Of a DNA stretch of 64,000 bases, positions 43,045-53,100 are shown in pieces. The notes under the pieces were generated by a model that saw nothing but the letters and a program-made list of their open reading frames with translations, was not told the DNA's origin and ran no database searches. The stretch lies in the NCBI GenBank assembly GCA_963706325.1, contig CAVPLT010000006.1, positions 128,001-192,000 on the forward strand. Direction: 5' to 3'. The position numbers and the translations under genes are program-made. Origin of the DNA: an uncultured Nitrospiraceae bacterium (lineage in GTDB: Bacteria; Nitrospirota; Nitrospiria; Nitrospirales; Nitrospiraceae). Every line of letters begins with the position of its first letter. The stretch's first letter is position 1.

Positions 43045-44295
43045 ATGGGAGCCATGATTCTGCAAATGGTGGGGTGCTTACTCGTAGCCGCGGCCATCGG
43101 GGTGATGATGGGATGGCTGCTCCGGAGCTTTGCGACCTCTGAAAAACGCCAGCAACTATCCGAGATCGCCGGTCGGCTTCGAGGACGTGAACACGAGCTG
43201 GATACGCTCAATCATGAATTGAAAGTCCGCACGTCGGCCGTCCAGATGCTGGAAGGCAAGATGATGACCTCCGAGGCGGCGCTCAAAGACCTCACCGCCG
43301 ACCTCGCCGCGAAGGTCGAGCAGCTGACCGCCTTGCAAACCGAGGTGGCAGAAAAAGGCGTACGGCTGCACGCGGTGCAACGTGAGCGCGAGACCCTCCG
43401 GCGCGAGGTCGAGGAAGCCGAGGCGACCCTCAACGCAAAGGCGGCGGGATTTGCGGAGATGCAGGCACAGATGGAAAACGCCGAGGACGTGCTAATCAGC
43501 CGCGACCAAGAAATTGCCACGTTAAAAACCTGGGTCGAGCAACTGGCGCCGAAAGATGCAGAAATCGCTCGCTTGCGGGCGCGTATCGAAGAGTTAGATC
43601 CGTTTGTAGAACGAAGCCGCCGATTGGAACGGGAGCAAGAACAGGAACGGGCGCGTGCCTCCACCGCGCTGCGCGGGAAGGAAGGGGAGCTCGCCGCCCA
43701 TCAGGCGCGCCTCATGGAGATGGACACGGCACTCGCTCGTGTGCGAAATCAGAGCCAGGAAGACCTGACGCGTTTCGGGGAGACCGTTGAGGAACGAGAC
43801 AGGGAAATTCAGCAGCTACGAGCCACTGTCGAAGAACTCAACATGTTCCGTGGAGAAGTCGAAAAGAAGGACATTGCCCTCCGCGAAGCAGAAGAGCGCC
43901 GGGTCATGGATGTCAGCGAGCGTGAAGAAGAAATCGGAGCCCTCCGAAAACGGCTGGTCGAGTATCGCGCGGCTCAGCGTGTTGGGGCGCCAGCAAAATC
44001 CACAGGGTCAGTCGGATCGACTGCGCACAGCGCGCCCGCCGCCGGGCAAAGTGGAGGAAAAGCACGGCCGCATCAACAAGACGATCTGAAACAGATCCAC
44101 GGGATCGGACCGGTGATGGAACGAGTGTTGAATCGCATGGGCATGTTCACCTTTCGGCAGATTGCCGAGTGGAAGGACCAGGACGTCGAACACATGGCGT
44201 CGGAGCTCAACACCTTCCCGGATCGCATTCGCCACGACAACTGGATCGCCGGCGCCAAGGAGCAGCATTTCATCAAATACGGCGAGGAACTGTAG
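43045..44295 (+). CDS. Membrane-anchored coiled-coil protein with C-terminal HhH-like domain
   Basis: N-terminal TM, long heptad repeats, DDLKQIHGIGPVMERVLN...FRQIAEW...WIAGAK. Confidence 0.85.
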   Translation: MGAMILQMVGCLLVAAAIGVMMGWLLRSFATSEKRQQLSEIAGRLRGREHELDTLNHELKVRTSAVQMLEGKMMTSEAALKDLTADLAAKVEQLTALQTEVAEKGVRLHAVQRERETLRREVEEAEATLNAKAAGFAEMQAQMENAEDVLISRDQEIATLKTWVEQLAPKDAEIARLRARIEELDPFVERSRRLEREQEQERARASTALRGKEGELAAHQARLMEMDTALARVRNQSQEDLTRFGETVEERDREIQQLRATVEELNMFRGEVEKKDIALREAEERRVMDVSEREEEIGALRKRLVEYRAAQRVGAPAKSTGSVGSTAHSAPAAGQSGGKARPHQQDDLKQIHGIGPVMERVLNRMGMFTFRQIAEWKDQDVEHMASELNTFPDRIRHDNWIAGAKEQHFIKYGEEL

Positions 44296-44390
44296 CAACG
44301 ACGCGATTCCGGTACGCCTGTACAGCGCCCGTTGAGCCCCTCTCCCTTCTGTGTGTCTTCGACTGTCTCCTACCATTGGCGAGTCCAGCG

Positions 44391-45173
44391 ATGATGACCT
44401 CAACATTTTGTTTACTGCCTGGTGTCGGCGTTCGAACGGAACGTCGATTCTGGCGCGAAGGTCTCTCCACGTGGGACCGATTTCTTGCGACTGTCGAGGT
44501 CCGGGGAATCAGTGCCGCTCGCAAGGCGCTTTTCGATACCCGGATCGCCGAGGCTCGCGCGCAGTACGCTCAGGACAACAGCCGATATTTTGCCAAGGCC
44601 CTGCCTTCCCGTCACCAGTGGCGGCTGTATGAATGGTTGCGCGAGCGAGCGCTGTATCTCGACATCGAGACCGACTCTTTTGGCCGCATCACCGTGGTGG
44701 GACTTTACGGCCGGGGCAGCTATACTGCATTCGTGCGCCACGAATCGCTGGGGCTGATTCGTCTTCGAGAGGAGTTGGCACGCTACGATCTCCTCGTGAC
44801 CTTTTGTGGTTCGACATTCGATCTTCCCATGCTGCGCGCGCACTTCCCCGACCTTCCACTCGAGCAGCCCCATATCGATCTCTGTGGGGTCGGTCGGCAA
44901 CTCGGCTATCGTGGCGGGCTCAAGGCGATCGAACGCAAGATGGGCATTGATCGGATGCCTGAGATCCAAAGCTTCTCAGGTGAAGATGCCGTCCGGCAAT
45001 GGAACCGGTGGACGCATCAACGGGATGAGCAGGCGCGGCAATTGTTGCTGGCCTATAACGAAGCGGATTGCGTGAACCTCCAGCCCCTCGCCGATGCCTT
45101 CTACTGTCGGCTGGTCCAAGCCTCAGGGATCGCAGACCTCCCGTGCAACCTGTCACTCACAACTTGGGAATAA
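44391..45173 (+). CDS. RNase H-like (YprB-type) exonuclease domain protein
   Basis: YLDIETD, FCGSTFDLP, HIDL, GGLKAIE, YNEAD. Confidence 0.85.
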   Translation: MMTSTFCLLPGVGVRTERRFWREGLSTWDRFLATVEVRGISAARKALFDTRIAEARAQYAQDNSRYFAKALPSRHQWRLYEWLRERALYLDIETDSFGRITVVGLYGRGSYTAFVRHESLGLIRLREELARYDLLVTFCGSTFDLPMLRAHFPDLPLEQPHIDLCGVGRQLGYRGGLKAIERKMGIDRMPEIQSFSGEDAVRQWNRWTHQRDEQARQLLLAYNEADCVNLQPLADAFYCRLVQASGIADLPCNLSLTTWE

Positions 45174-45240
45174 TGCAGCAAGGAGAATGGGTAAACCTGA
45201 ATCTAGTGGAGTCGTTTGGAGGGAGCACGCGCCGGGAGCG

Positions 45241-45564
45241 TCAGCCTCGACGACTTGGGGCTCGTGACGCTGCCCCTTTCTTGATAGCCTTCTTCGTAGT
45301 GGAGGCAACCGTTCGGCGATGTAATGTGGCCGCACCGTTTTTCGTATCGAGACGGACCGCGCACTGTTCGATGAGTTCGTGAGGGGTCATACGAGCATAC
45401 GTCGCCGTCAGCTGCACTTCGGCAACAAATTGATTGATGCCTGCCACCGGTCGCCATCCGACCTGGACGCCATGTCTGGCCGCAACGGCTGCTTTTGGCA
45501 CCAACGCCAGAATTCCCCCTTCGTTATCATGCACCACGTAGTAGCCTGTCTTCATCGCGTTCAC
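45241..45564 (-). CDS. Hypothetical protein
   Basis: GTGA overlap with the upstream ORF; basic tail. Alternative ATG start at 45555. Confidence 0.6.
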   Translation of the reverse strand: MNAMKTGYYVVHDNEGGILALVPKAAVAARHGVQVGWRPVAGINQFVAEVQLTATYARMTPHELIEQCAVRLDTKNGAATLHRRTVASTTKKAIKKGAASRAPSRRG

Positions 45565-45905
45565 CGAGCCGGGGCCACAACCATGCGTGGACGAAAGGTT
45601 GCGCTCTCCCGGCCGGCGTTACGCCACGTCGCGAGCCAGTTGGTGTTGGCAGGCCCGGGCGAGGGACGACGTTCTCGGACCGGACGCTGGGTAACGATCT
45701 CAACCGTCGCAGCAGGAACCGGACGATCAGGACGCACATCCGTATATTCCGGCACGGCGCTCATCCAGTACCACCGATCCGGTTCGATCAGCGAGTGACC
45801 GTTTCCATCCACCACCCAATGCAGCAGCGTCACGTCCACGCCGGGAGCGAGCACCACCTCCGGCCACGTGTAGACATCGACCGTCACACCCATATCTTCC
45901 TCCAT
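45561..45905 (-). CDS. Hypothetical protein
   Basis: Coupled to the downstream ORF; internal GGAGGA may favour a later ATG. Confidence 0.6.
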   Translation of the reverse strand: MEEDMGVTVDVYTWPEVVLAPGVDVTLLHWVVDGNGHSLIEPDRWYWMSAVPEYTDVRPDRPVPAATVEIVTQRPVRERRPSPGPANTNWLATWRNAGRESATFRPRMVVAPAR

Positions 45906-46106
45906 GCTTCTTGATGGCGCCAGCAGCCTGAAAGCCCTGCTCGCACCGGATCCTGTACCCGGGAGTATACGCGACGGACGGGAGTATACCGAGCACTTCA
46001 GAGCTGGTCAAACCACCCATCGATGCCGAGGCACACACGTCGCTCCCCTGTCGCGCGTCAACTATCGCCCGAAATGACTCCTGCCTCACCCTACGCCCTG
46101 ATCTCT

Positions 46107-46964
46107 TTAGTACAAAATCGAAGGAAGGAACGCGCCGGAGGGATGCTGATACAGACCATAACTCATCAACGTCATTGGATAGACCACGCGCAGGCCGTGC
46201 TCGAGACACCAACGGAGCAGGTCGCCATTTCGCGTCGGCAGCAGGAAGCCGGGACTTTGGAAGGCCGGCGTCGCCCCGATCAATGCTTTCAGTTCTTCGT
46301 TTGTCCGCCCGACGGCATGCCCAAAAAACCCGATCAGTGTGGCATACCCAGTGATACTTCCATCGTGCTCCACCACGAGGGCGCTTCCTTGCTTGGTCGC
46401 CTCGAACAATTCGCGCTTGCGATCGTGCCCATGCACTTGAAGACACAACTGGTTGCAGGCATCCAGATCTCCAGCCGTCGCCGGCCGTACCGCATAGCCG
46501 GGAAGCTGGATGCCGATGAGGGGACCCTGCATCACGGACAGCGGTTCGCGCGCATCGAAGCCGAGCTTACTGTACAGAGAGAGGGAGCGGTTGTGGTACG
46601 CGGTCTGAACCAGACGTACACCGGCAAAATACTTGGCGCGGGCACGATCCATCACACGGTCCATCAATTGACGCCCAATAGAACCGTTTTGCACCGACGG
46701 GTCGACCGTAATCGGTCCCACACCGGCAATCACATCTCCTTCCCACAAAAAGTTACTCCCGACGATGCCTCGTTCCATCTCTGCAACCACCGAGTACACA
46801 TCGTCTCGTGAGAGCAACATCATCAGGAGACTGACGGCCGACTCCGGCTGCGGAAAATCGACCGGGAAGTTGTGCTGCTCTGCGATGAGCTTGAAGGCGT
46901 CGTAAAAAACCGCGCCGCAGGCTTGCGCGTCCTCGAGTATGCCTGGTCGAAACGTCGCTTGCAT
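46107..46964 (-). CDS. GNAT family N-acetyltransferase (tandem domains)
   Basis: VDPSVQNGSIGRQL acetyl-CoA motif, LYSKLGF; GGGAGG ribosome binding site. Confidence 0.88.
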   Translation of the reverse strand: MQATFRPGILEDAQACGAVFYDAFKLIAEQHNFPVDFPQPESAVSLLMMLLSRDDVYSVVAEMERGIVGSNFLWEGDVIAGVGPITVDPSVQNGSIGRQLMDRVMDRARAKYFAGVRLVQTAYHNRSLSLYSKLGFDAREPLSVMQGPLIGIQLPGYAVRPATAGDLDACNQLCLQVHGHDRKRELFEATKQGSALVVEHDGSITGYATLIGFFGHAVGRTNEELKALIGATPAFQSPGFLLPTRNGDLLRWCLEHGLRVVYPMTLMSYGLYQHPSGAFLPSILY

Positions 46965-47120
46965 GGAGAAGTTCCTCCCATTGACCGACCCGTGCCATCA
47001 GCACTCGAATGGGCACAGCGATTCCACCAGCGTACGTTTCGAGGTTGAGCACGTGTCAACGTGCCACGCAGGTTTGATCAGCAGGATAGGTTTAGCCGGA
47101 ATCTTCTCGACGATGCGCCC

Positions 47121-48317
47121 TTACTCGGCGATATTCGGACGCAGGACATAGGGTCCATACACCGCAGCGAATAAGAGATAGGCGCCGCTCCAGCTCAGCG
47201 CAGCGGTCGCCAACACGTAATTCGTTGGAAGACCTGTGCTCGGGCCAAACACTCGTACCAACGCGGCAACCGTCACCAAGAGGTAGATGCACACCGTGGC
47301 AGGTCCTGCATGCCGAGGGCGTCCTGTGTGACCTAAACTTGCCCGCGTCATCACCGCCAGCGTCATCACACCGATCGCGCCGGTCGTCAGGGCATGGACG
47401 GCATCCTCTTTCGTGAGACCGATGTCCAGGATCGCACCTCCCAGCAGAAGCATAGCCAACGCCAACCAGCTATAGCCCCAGTGCAAAATAAACACTAATG
47501 GCTCGCGCCAGGTGAGCCAGCCGTACCAGCGCGATAAACGCGCCACAGTAGCGAACCCCGCCGTCACCAATAACCAGCCTGTGATGATGCTCTGCGGTCG
47601 CACTGCCCAAGCACCTACCGCCATAGCCACAAGGAAGATACATAGGCCGTCGAAACGCGAAAAGGCCGCAGGCTGCCGGGTCGCTTGTTGTGCAGCCAAA
47701 TATTCTCTAGTGAAATTGGGGACGAGGCGGCCACCGATCAGAGTAAGGAGCACCATGATCAACGCCAGGGCTACACGTACGGCAAAATCAATCTCTTCTC
47801 CACTCACCGCCCTGATGTGGAACACGATATTCGCGCCGGCATACAGGCTGATGACCCCTGCCACGGGAGCCTGGTTCCAACTTCCTCCGGCTGAAAGCTC
47901 TCGCCAGACCAACCCTGCCACTACGACGAAAAAACTTCCATCGATGAGGGCCGACGAAACGGGCGCGAGCAAGGGAACCGCCATCACGAGACGTCCGGAT
48001 AGCCACAGGGCAAACAACAGTATCAGCGCGCGGCCTTGCATCGGCGGTCGGTCGGTCCAATTCGGAACCGCCGTCAGCAGAAAGCCGGTGATCACCGCGG
48101 GAAGAAAACCAAAAATCATCTCGTGCACGTGCCAGTCCCGAGCGACGGAGAGCGCCGTGGAACTCCCCCCTCCGGCCAGCATGAGCATCCAGGCTGGGAC
48201 GGCAAATCCGGCAAACAACGCCGCGCCGAGAAAGAATGGTCTGAATCCATTGGAGAAGAACACAGATCCTTGTGAGATCAGCTCCTCGTCACGGTGGTCA
48301 GTCGTACCGATTTTCAT
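47121..48317 (-). CDS. nnrS: NnrS family membrane protein
   Basis: GFRPFFL, WHVHEMIFG, GFLLTAVPNWT, RASLGHTGR. Confidence 0.95.
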   Translation of the reverse strand: MKIGTTDHRDEELISQGSVFFSNGFRPFFLGAALFAGFAVPAWMLMLAGGGSSTALSVARDWHVHEMIFGFLPAVITGFLLTAVPNWTDRPPMQGRALILLFALWLSGRLVMAVPLLAPVSSALIDGSFFVVVAGLVWRELSAGGSWNQAPVAGVISLYAGANIVFHIRAVSGEEIDFAVRVALALIMVLLTLIGGRLVPNFTREYLAAQQATRQPAAFSRFDGLCIFLVAMAVGAWAVRPQSIITGWLLVTAGFATVARLSRWYGWLTWREPLVFILHWGYSWLALAMLLLGGAILDIGLTKEDAVHALTTGAIGVMTLAVMTRASLGHTGRPRHAGPATVCIYLLVTVAALVRVFGPSTGLPTNYVLATAALSWSGAYLLFAAVYGPYVLRPNIAE

Positions 48318-48374
48318 AAGTGAGTCCCGAGGCAATCGGAAAAAGGTTTGGCACCGTAAGAATGAGTTGATGGG

Positions 48375-49877
48375 TCAGATGCGCGTCGCAGGGCGAGTGA
48401 GATCCCAGCGTACCCCGATCATGCCTTCCTTGCGGTTCGATATCTCCCAGGTCCAGATCCCGCACGAATCCTTCAATGGCGGCTCTGCACCGCCTCTGGT
48501 GGGATCCAAGCAGCGGCTATGGTCGTCAGGATTATCACTCGGGGGCTCATAATCGCTCACCACCAGCGTGGGCTCCTCCTTGATGGTCCAACCTTGCGCC
48601 AAATAGGCTGAAAGATCCACGCGGAAGGAGAGCCGACGATAGAAGGCTTTCTTCCCTAAATGCATATGGAAATCTCGTCGGCCTTCATCATAGCCCCGAT
48701 AGACGTCCAGCTCCATGCGCGCCGTGGGTCCCTGTGTGCCCTTGAGTGGTTTTAATTCGTTCGGCAATACTTCATACCAGACGTAGTTGCCGGAGTTTTC
48801 GTAAATCGCCCGTTTGTCGGCCGGTGTATGGTGAGGCAAGGGCGGTTTTTTCGGATCGACCCAACCATGGCGACTCGTGCCGTACTTCAAGACGTAGGGA
48901 TCAGCGCAATGGTTTTTCGCGCTGAACTCCACCTGGTGCAGGACCTGCGCGATGTTGTCGCTCTGCAGCTCGCGTTCAACGACGCCGTGTGTGGCCACAA
49001 TTACATCCTGAAGGGAATGTGGAGAGACCTTCACCGCATAGGTAAATCGCTCGATCTCCCAGACATTGGAATGGCCATGCGGATCAAGCAGCACAGACAC
49101 GAACTCTTGATACCGCTTGCCTTCCACCCCGGCGGCCGCCTCTTTGTTCCTATGGGACATTTTCAAAATCGAATTATGGTCTCCCGGAATACACTGCCCA
49201 TAGAGGAAATACCCGCGAGAAGAGGCTCGCGGCACCACCGCGTCCGCGTCACCCCAGAAACAATAAAATGGAATGGGCAATCCACGACTGTCCCCCCAAT
49301 GTTTCGCATCAATGATCTGGTCTCGGATCTTCTCATGGGTGTCGCAGGTATTCTCGCTGAAGAGTCGTAGCGCCTGCTCCTGCGGATTCGGTAGGAGTAA
49401 TGACACGATCCTGCGCAGTCCTGAAATGATGCGGGAGCCGAAATTGGGCGTCGCCAACAATATCACCTGACGGATGCGTTGGAGTTCGCCGCTCGCCGGA
49501 GAGCCGAAACATTCTTCCATATACTTTTGTATCACCAATCCGCCCATGCTGTGCCCAACCAAGATCAAGTCGACCCCCTGCCCTCGATCGGAAGCCGGCG
49601 CGACTCGGTTGAGGTGATCGCACAATTGACCGGCGATTTCGCTGATACTCGGAGAACGTTGATAGATCGGAATACGGAAAAGCCTCGAGAGGTAATTGAA
49701 GGGAGGCGCAATCTCGAACCGTGCCGTCACTCGCTCATCGCTCAAGAGCGCGTCCCGCAAGGTGGTCCAGGTCTCATCGGAGCTGCCGAATCCATGCACA
49801 AAGACGATCCACTGTTTCACCGCCCGCGGCCTCCCCTCATTCATCTCCTGCGTCTGCATACTCGTCGGCCAGCCCAC
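48375..49877 (-). CDS. Alpha/beta hydrolase (PGAP1/DUF676-like) with uncharacterised C-terminal domain
   Basis: FVHGF, GHSMGG, ATPNFGS, D..V, GDH. Start 49877, 49859 or 49844. Confidence 0.85.
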   Translation of the reverse strand: MGWPTSMQTQEMNEGRPRAVKQWIVFVHGFGSSDETWTTLRDALLSDERVTARFEIAPPFNYLSRLFRIPIYQRSPSISEIAGQLCDHLNRVAPASDRGQGVDLILVGHSMGGLVIQKYMEECFGSPASGELQRIRQVILLATPNFGSRIISGLRRIVSLLLPNPQEQALRLFSENTCDTHEKIRDQIIDAKHWGDSRGLPIPFYCFWGDADAVVPRASSRGYFLYGQCIPGDHNSILKMSHRNKEAAAGVEGKRYQEFVSVLLDPHGHSNVWEIERFTYAVKVSPHSLQDVIVATHGVVERELQSDNIAQVLHQVEFSAKNHCADPYVLKYGTSRHGWVDPKKPPLPHHTPADKRAIYENSGNYVWYEVLPNELKPLKGTQGPTARMELDVYRGYDEGRRDFHMHLGKKAFYRRLSFRVDLSAYLAQGWTIKEEPTLVVSDYEPPSDNPDDHSRCLDPTRGGAEPPLKDSCGIWTWEISNRKEGMIGVRWDLTRPATRI

Positions 49878-49946
49878 GATGCTTCCTCACCAGTCCGTAC
49901 CGCCCTCGCAGGAAGCAGGTCGATCATGTCTCCCTCAGGTCGGCGC

Positions 49947-49975
49947 AGCGTACGTTTTGCGTGAAATCCTGTCAA
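49947..49975 (-). promoter_or_regulatory. Putative sigma70 promoter of the hydrolase gene
   Basis: TTGACA-17 bp-TACGCT. Confidence 0.65.
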
Positions 49976-50148
49976 ATGCGAAGGTACGAGCAGAAGCGAG
50001 CATCGCGATCTACATAGGGATCGAGGAACTATTCGGTTCGTCTCCTCTCACCGGGGGCAAAGACCTCGAGCTTGGAGTAGCTGGAAGGGTTCTGAACAAT
50101 GAGGATATGGTCTACCGTTAAATAGGATGCCCTCGGCGATGGCGGCTT

Positions 50149-53100
50149 CTAGAACACCGTGGCCAGGTATTCCACCAGCAGCACGAGCCCCGTCCCGCTG
50201 GTCGGCAGGGCGATCGCACCGAACAGCGGATGCTGCGTGAATGGAAGAAACGCGCCTTCGCGATTGTTGCGGATCAACTCCACCATTCCTTCAACCTGCT
50301 TCCTGCTGACGGCCCCCGCGGTCAGGCCAGCTAGCTTGTCGTTCAATTGCGCCACGGCGGTGCGTTTTGCCTCTTCAGCCGAATGGCGCAGATAGACCGC
50401 GTTCCCCAACGCATAGGCTGCGTTCAGGCCGAACAGAACCATTAGGCTCACGGGAAAATCCCACCGATCGAAATACGTGTGCCGCGCCACCCCCATGAGA
50501 AACAAAATGACGAATGGGTAATACAGCATGAAGCTGATCACCGCCGTACGCTGCGCGATCAGCTCGATGCCCAACCATTCGTTCAGGCCGGTCTTGTCCG
50601 TCTCCTGATTCACCGCCTCGCGCGCGAGAAGATCTTCGGGCCAAACAATCCTGGTGGCGATCATGATGTTGATCAAGCGTCGGCACAGTCTCGTGGCATC
50701 CACCACATAGAACATCAACAGAGTCATGCCAAGGACACTCACCAGCAAGACCAGCGCGTTGATCTCGAAACAAGCTGCACCTCGACAAGGCATTGTCGGT
50801 GAACCGAACAGACTCATGAGGAGCCATCCCAACGCTCCATAGCAGAGCGTTTGAGGTACGATGCGGCTCAGCCGGTGCTTCCATCGCCCGAGTGTTTGGT
50901 ATTCTTGCCAGAGGTCCGTAGCCAAAGCGGCTCCGCCAGGATGAGGACGCCAATAGTGGATCCCCAGCAGCGAGCAGGGAATCGTCGATGCCGCTTGAGA
51001 GGGAAGGAGACCGAATCTTATCGCCAAGGCTTGATCATTTTCTCTGAGCTTCATCGAGGAGTAGTAGAAAAAGATGCCGCAGAGGGCACAGGCAAGGAGC
51101 CGTATCACAGTGGTCGGCCACACGCTGACCCCTTGCGTGAGACTGAACGGTTCGCCGGCCGGTCCATCCCCCATGGCCCACCTCAGCAGACCGACGGTCA
51201 CTCCCCCGAACGCCAGCGTGGAGAGCAGTATGATCCTGTGGGTGCGCGCACGGAGCAGGTGCATAAATTCGCTATTGAGAAGCAGGGCGCAGAGCAGCGC
51301 CATGCCCATGGCCAGGCCGGCGAGCCCTACCTTTCCTGCACTCGGCATATTGAGCAATCCGGTCGTGGGATTGAGATCCGGACGCGGCGCATGAATGCTC
51401 GGAAGCGCTCCCGGCTGATCGAGGCTCATATCCACCGGCCCATGCCGACCCATTTCATACAGCCTCGGTTTACCGGCAGTTGAAAACCGAGCCTCCGTCA
51501 GAGAGGCCCGCACCTCCTCCGCATGAGGGCCGGGCAGCACATAGTCAATGGAGCGCAAGGTGGAATAGAACAAGGCGGTCTGGTAACTGTCGCGAAAAGG
51601 CGGGATCGGCGCCTGCAGTTCCGGATGCAGAGTGAGCCCGAAATGTGACGCGACAAGAAGATTGCGCGTCCACTGACCCTGTCCGGAATGGGTCAGCCTT
51701 GTATCGAGATCGGTAGTAAAAAAGATCGCGCGAGGGAAGTCGTTCCGCAATGCTTGGAGAATCATGAGCTTGTCGTAGACGTCGCTGCCCAAGACACCGA
51801 TCGCCACAAACTCTGCGGCATCATGTTTCAACGTCTCGGCTAAGCGACGGAGATAATCCAGCTGGCCTCGACCAGTCGGCGCTTCCTCAGTGCGTTGGGA
51901 CGCCCCCGAGGGGTTCTCTCCCGGTTTTCCCTTCTCCTGAGTGCCCGATGCATCCTTTCCGTCCCCCTTCGGAGGCAACTCTCCGTCCAAACCGGCGAGA
52001 TACGAATAGCGGTGAACCCACTCAGGCCAGATGCCCCGGCGCAGCACCTCGAGCTCAGGTTCGATCTGTCTGGTTCCCGCGACATCCCCTCGCTTCGCCA
52101 TCGTTTCCGCCATCGCGACGAACGTAAGCGGCAGCGCGCGCCCGTACAGCGTATCCCATTCCGAAATCAATGCGACGTGAGGCGCCCGCCTTGGCGAGGT
52201 TCCGTTCGACGGAATGGACAGATCGACTCTGCGGCGCTTCAACTCTTCCACCAGCTGCTCTGCCAGCTGGTCATCCGTCCCGATCATTCTGAGGAATGAG
52301 AGTCCATGCTCGGCGAACAGACGTTCGACTTCCCCTTCCTTGGCTTCCCTACGCGACGCTCCCAGCAAAAACGAACTGGCCGCTGTTGCCCATGAGGAAT
52401 AGAACGTCGCGCCTTTCAACGGCGCGATGTCAGGAGCATCCTTCTTTAATTCGCTCAGCATGGACGCCAGGGTGCCGGAGGTGCGAGGGCCCAATATTCT
52501 GTAGGCCGCCGCGCGTTGCTTGAGAGTGTGATTCAGATGGGCCACGAGTCGCCCGAAAGAGGCGAGAGGATTCGGACTAAAATCCTGGTCCTTGAGCCAG
52601 AGCACCAACACTTCTTTTCTGTCCTGTAGATCCCGGCTGCTCGTATCGGGACGAAACCACTCGAGCGGAACGAGCAAGGACGACTCAGCCGGCCGAGCCC
52701 ACTCGAAATAGCGAACATATTCTCCGGACTCCGGTAAATATCCGGCCACTCCTAAGGCGGACACCACGGCATAGCGGTCTTTCAGTCTCGACTCCACTCC
52801 ATTGGCGTACGGGCTGCCATCCATGAAGACGGGAAGCACAAGGTATTCCGATCCCGCACCCTCGTGCCGGATCGCTTGCACAAGATCAGAAAATGCGTGA
52901 TGTGACCCGGCGTGACCCTCGGCCGCGGATTGCGTCGCGGACTCCTTGAGCTGATGAGTCGAAATGGCCTCGAACGGATCTTGCCAAAGACGGGCTTGGA
53001 CACGATCCGTCTTCACGGATACATATTTTTCCGCTTCCTTATTGATTGGTCGCGAGGTTTTGAGCGGGACCTGGTAGATGATGAAACTACTGACTGCCGC

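Noticed and set aside
47512..48552. Long antisense ORFs (also 19344-20222, 54444-55415, 55731-56582)
   Set aside because: Shadow frames of well-supported genes in GC-rich DNA, with no motifs of their own.
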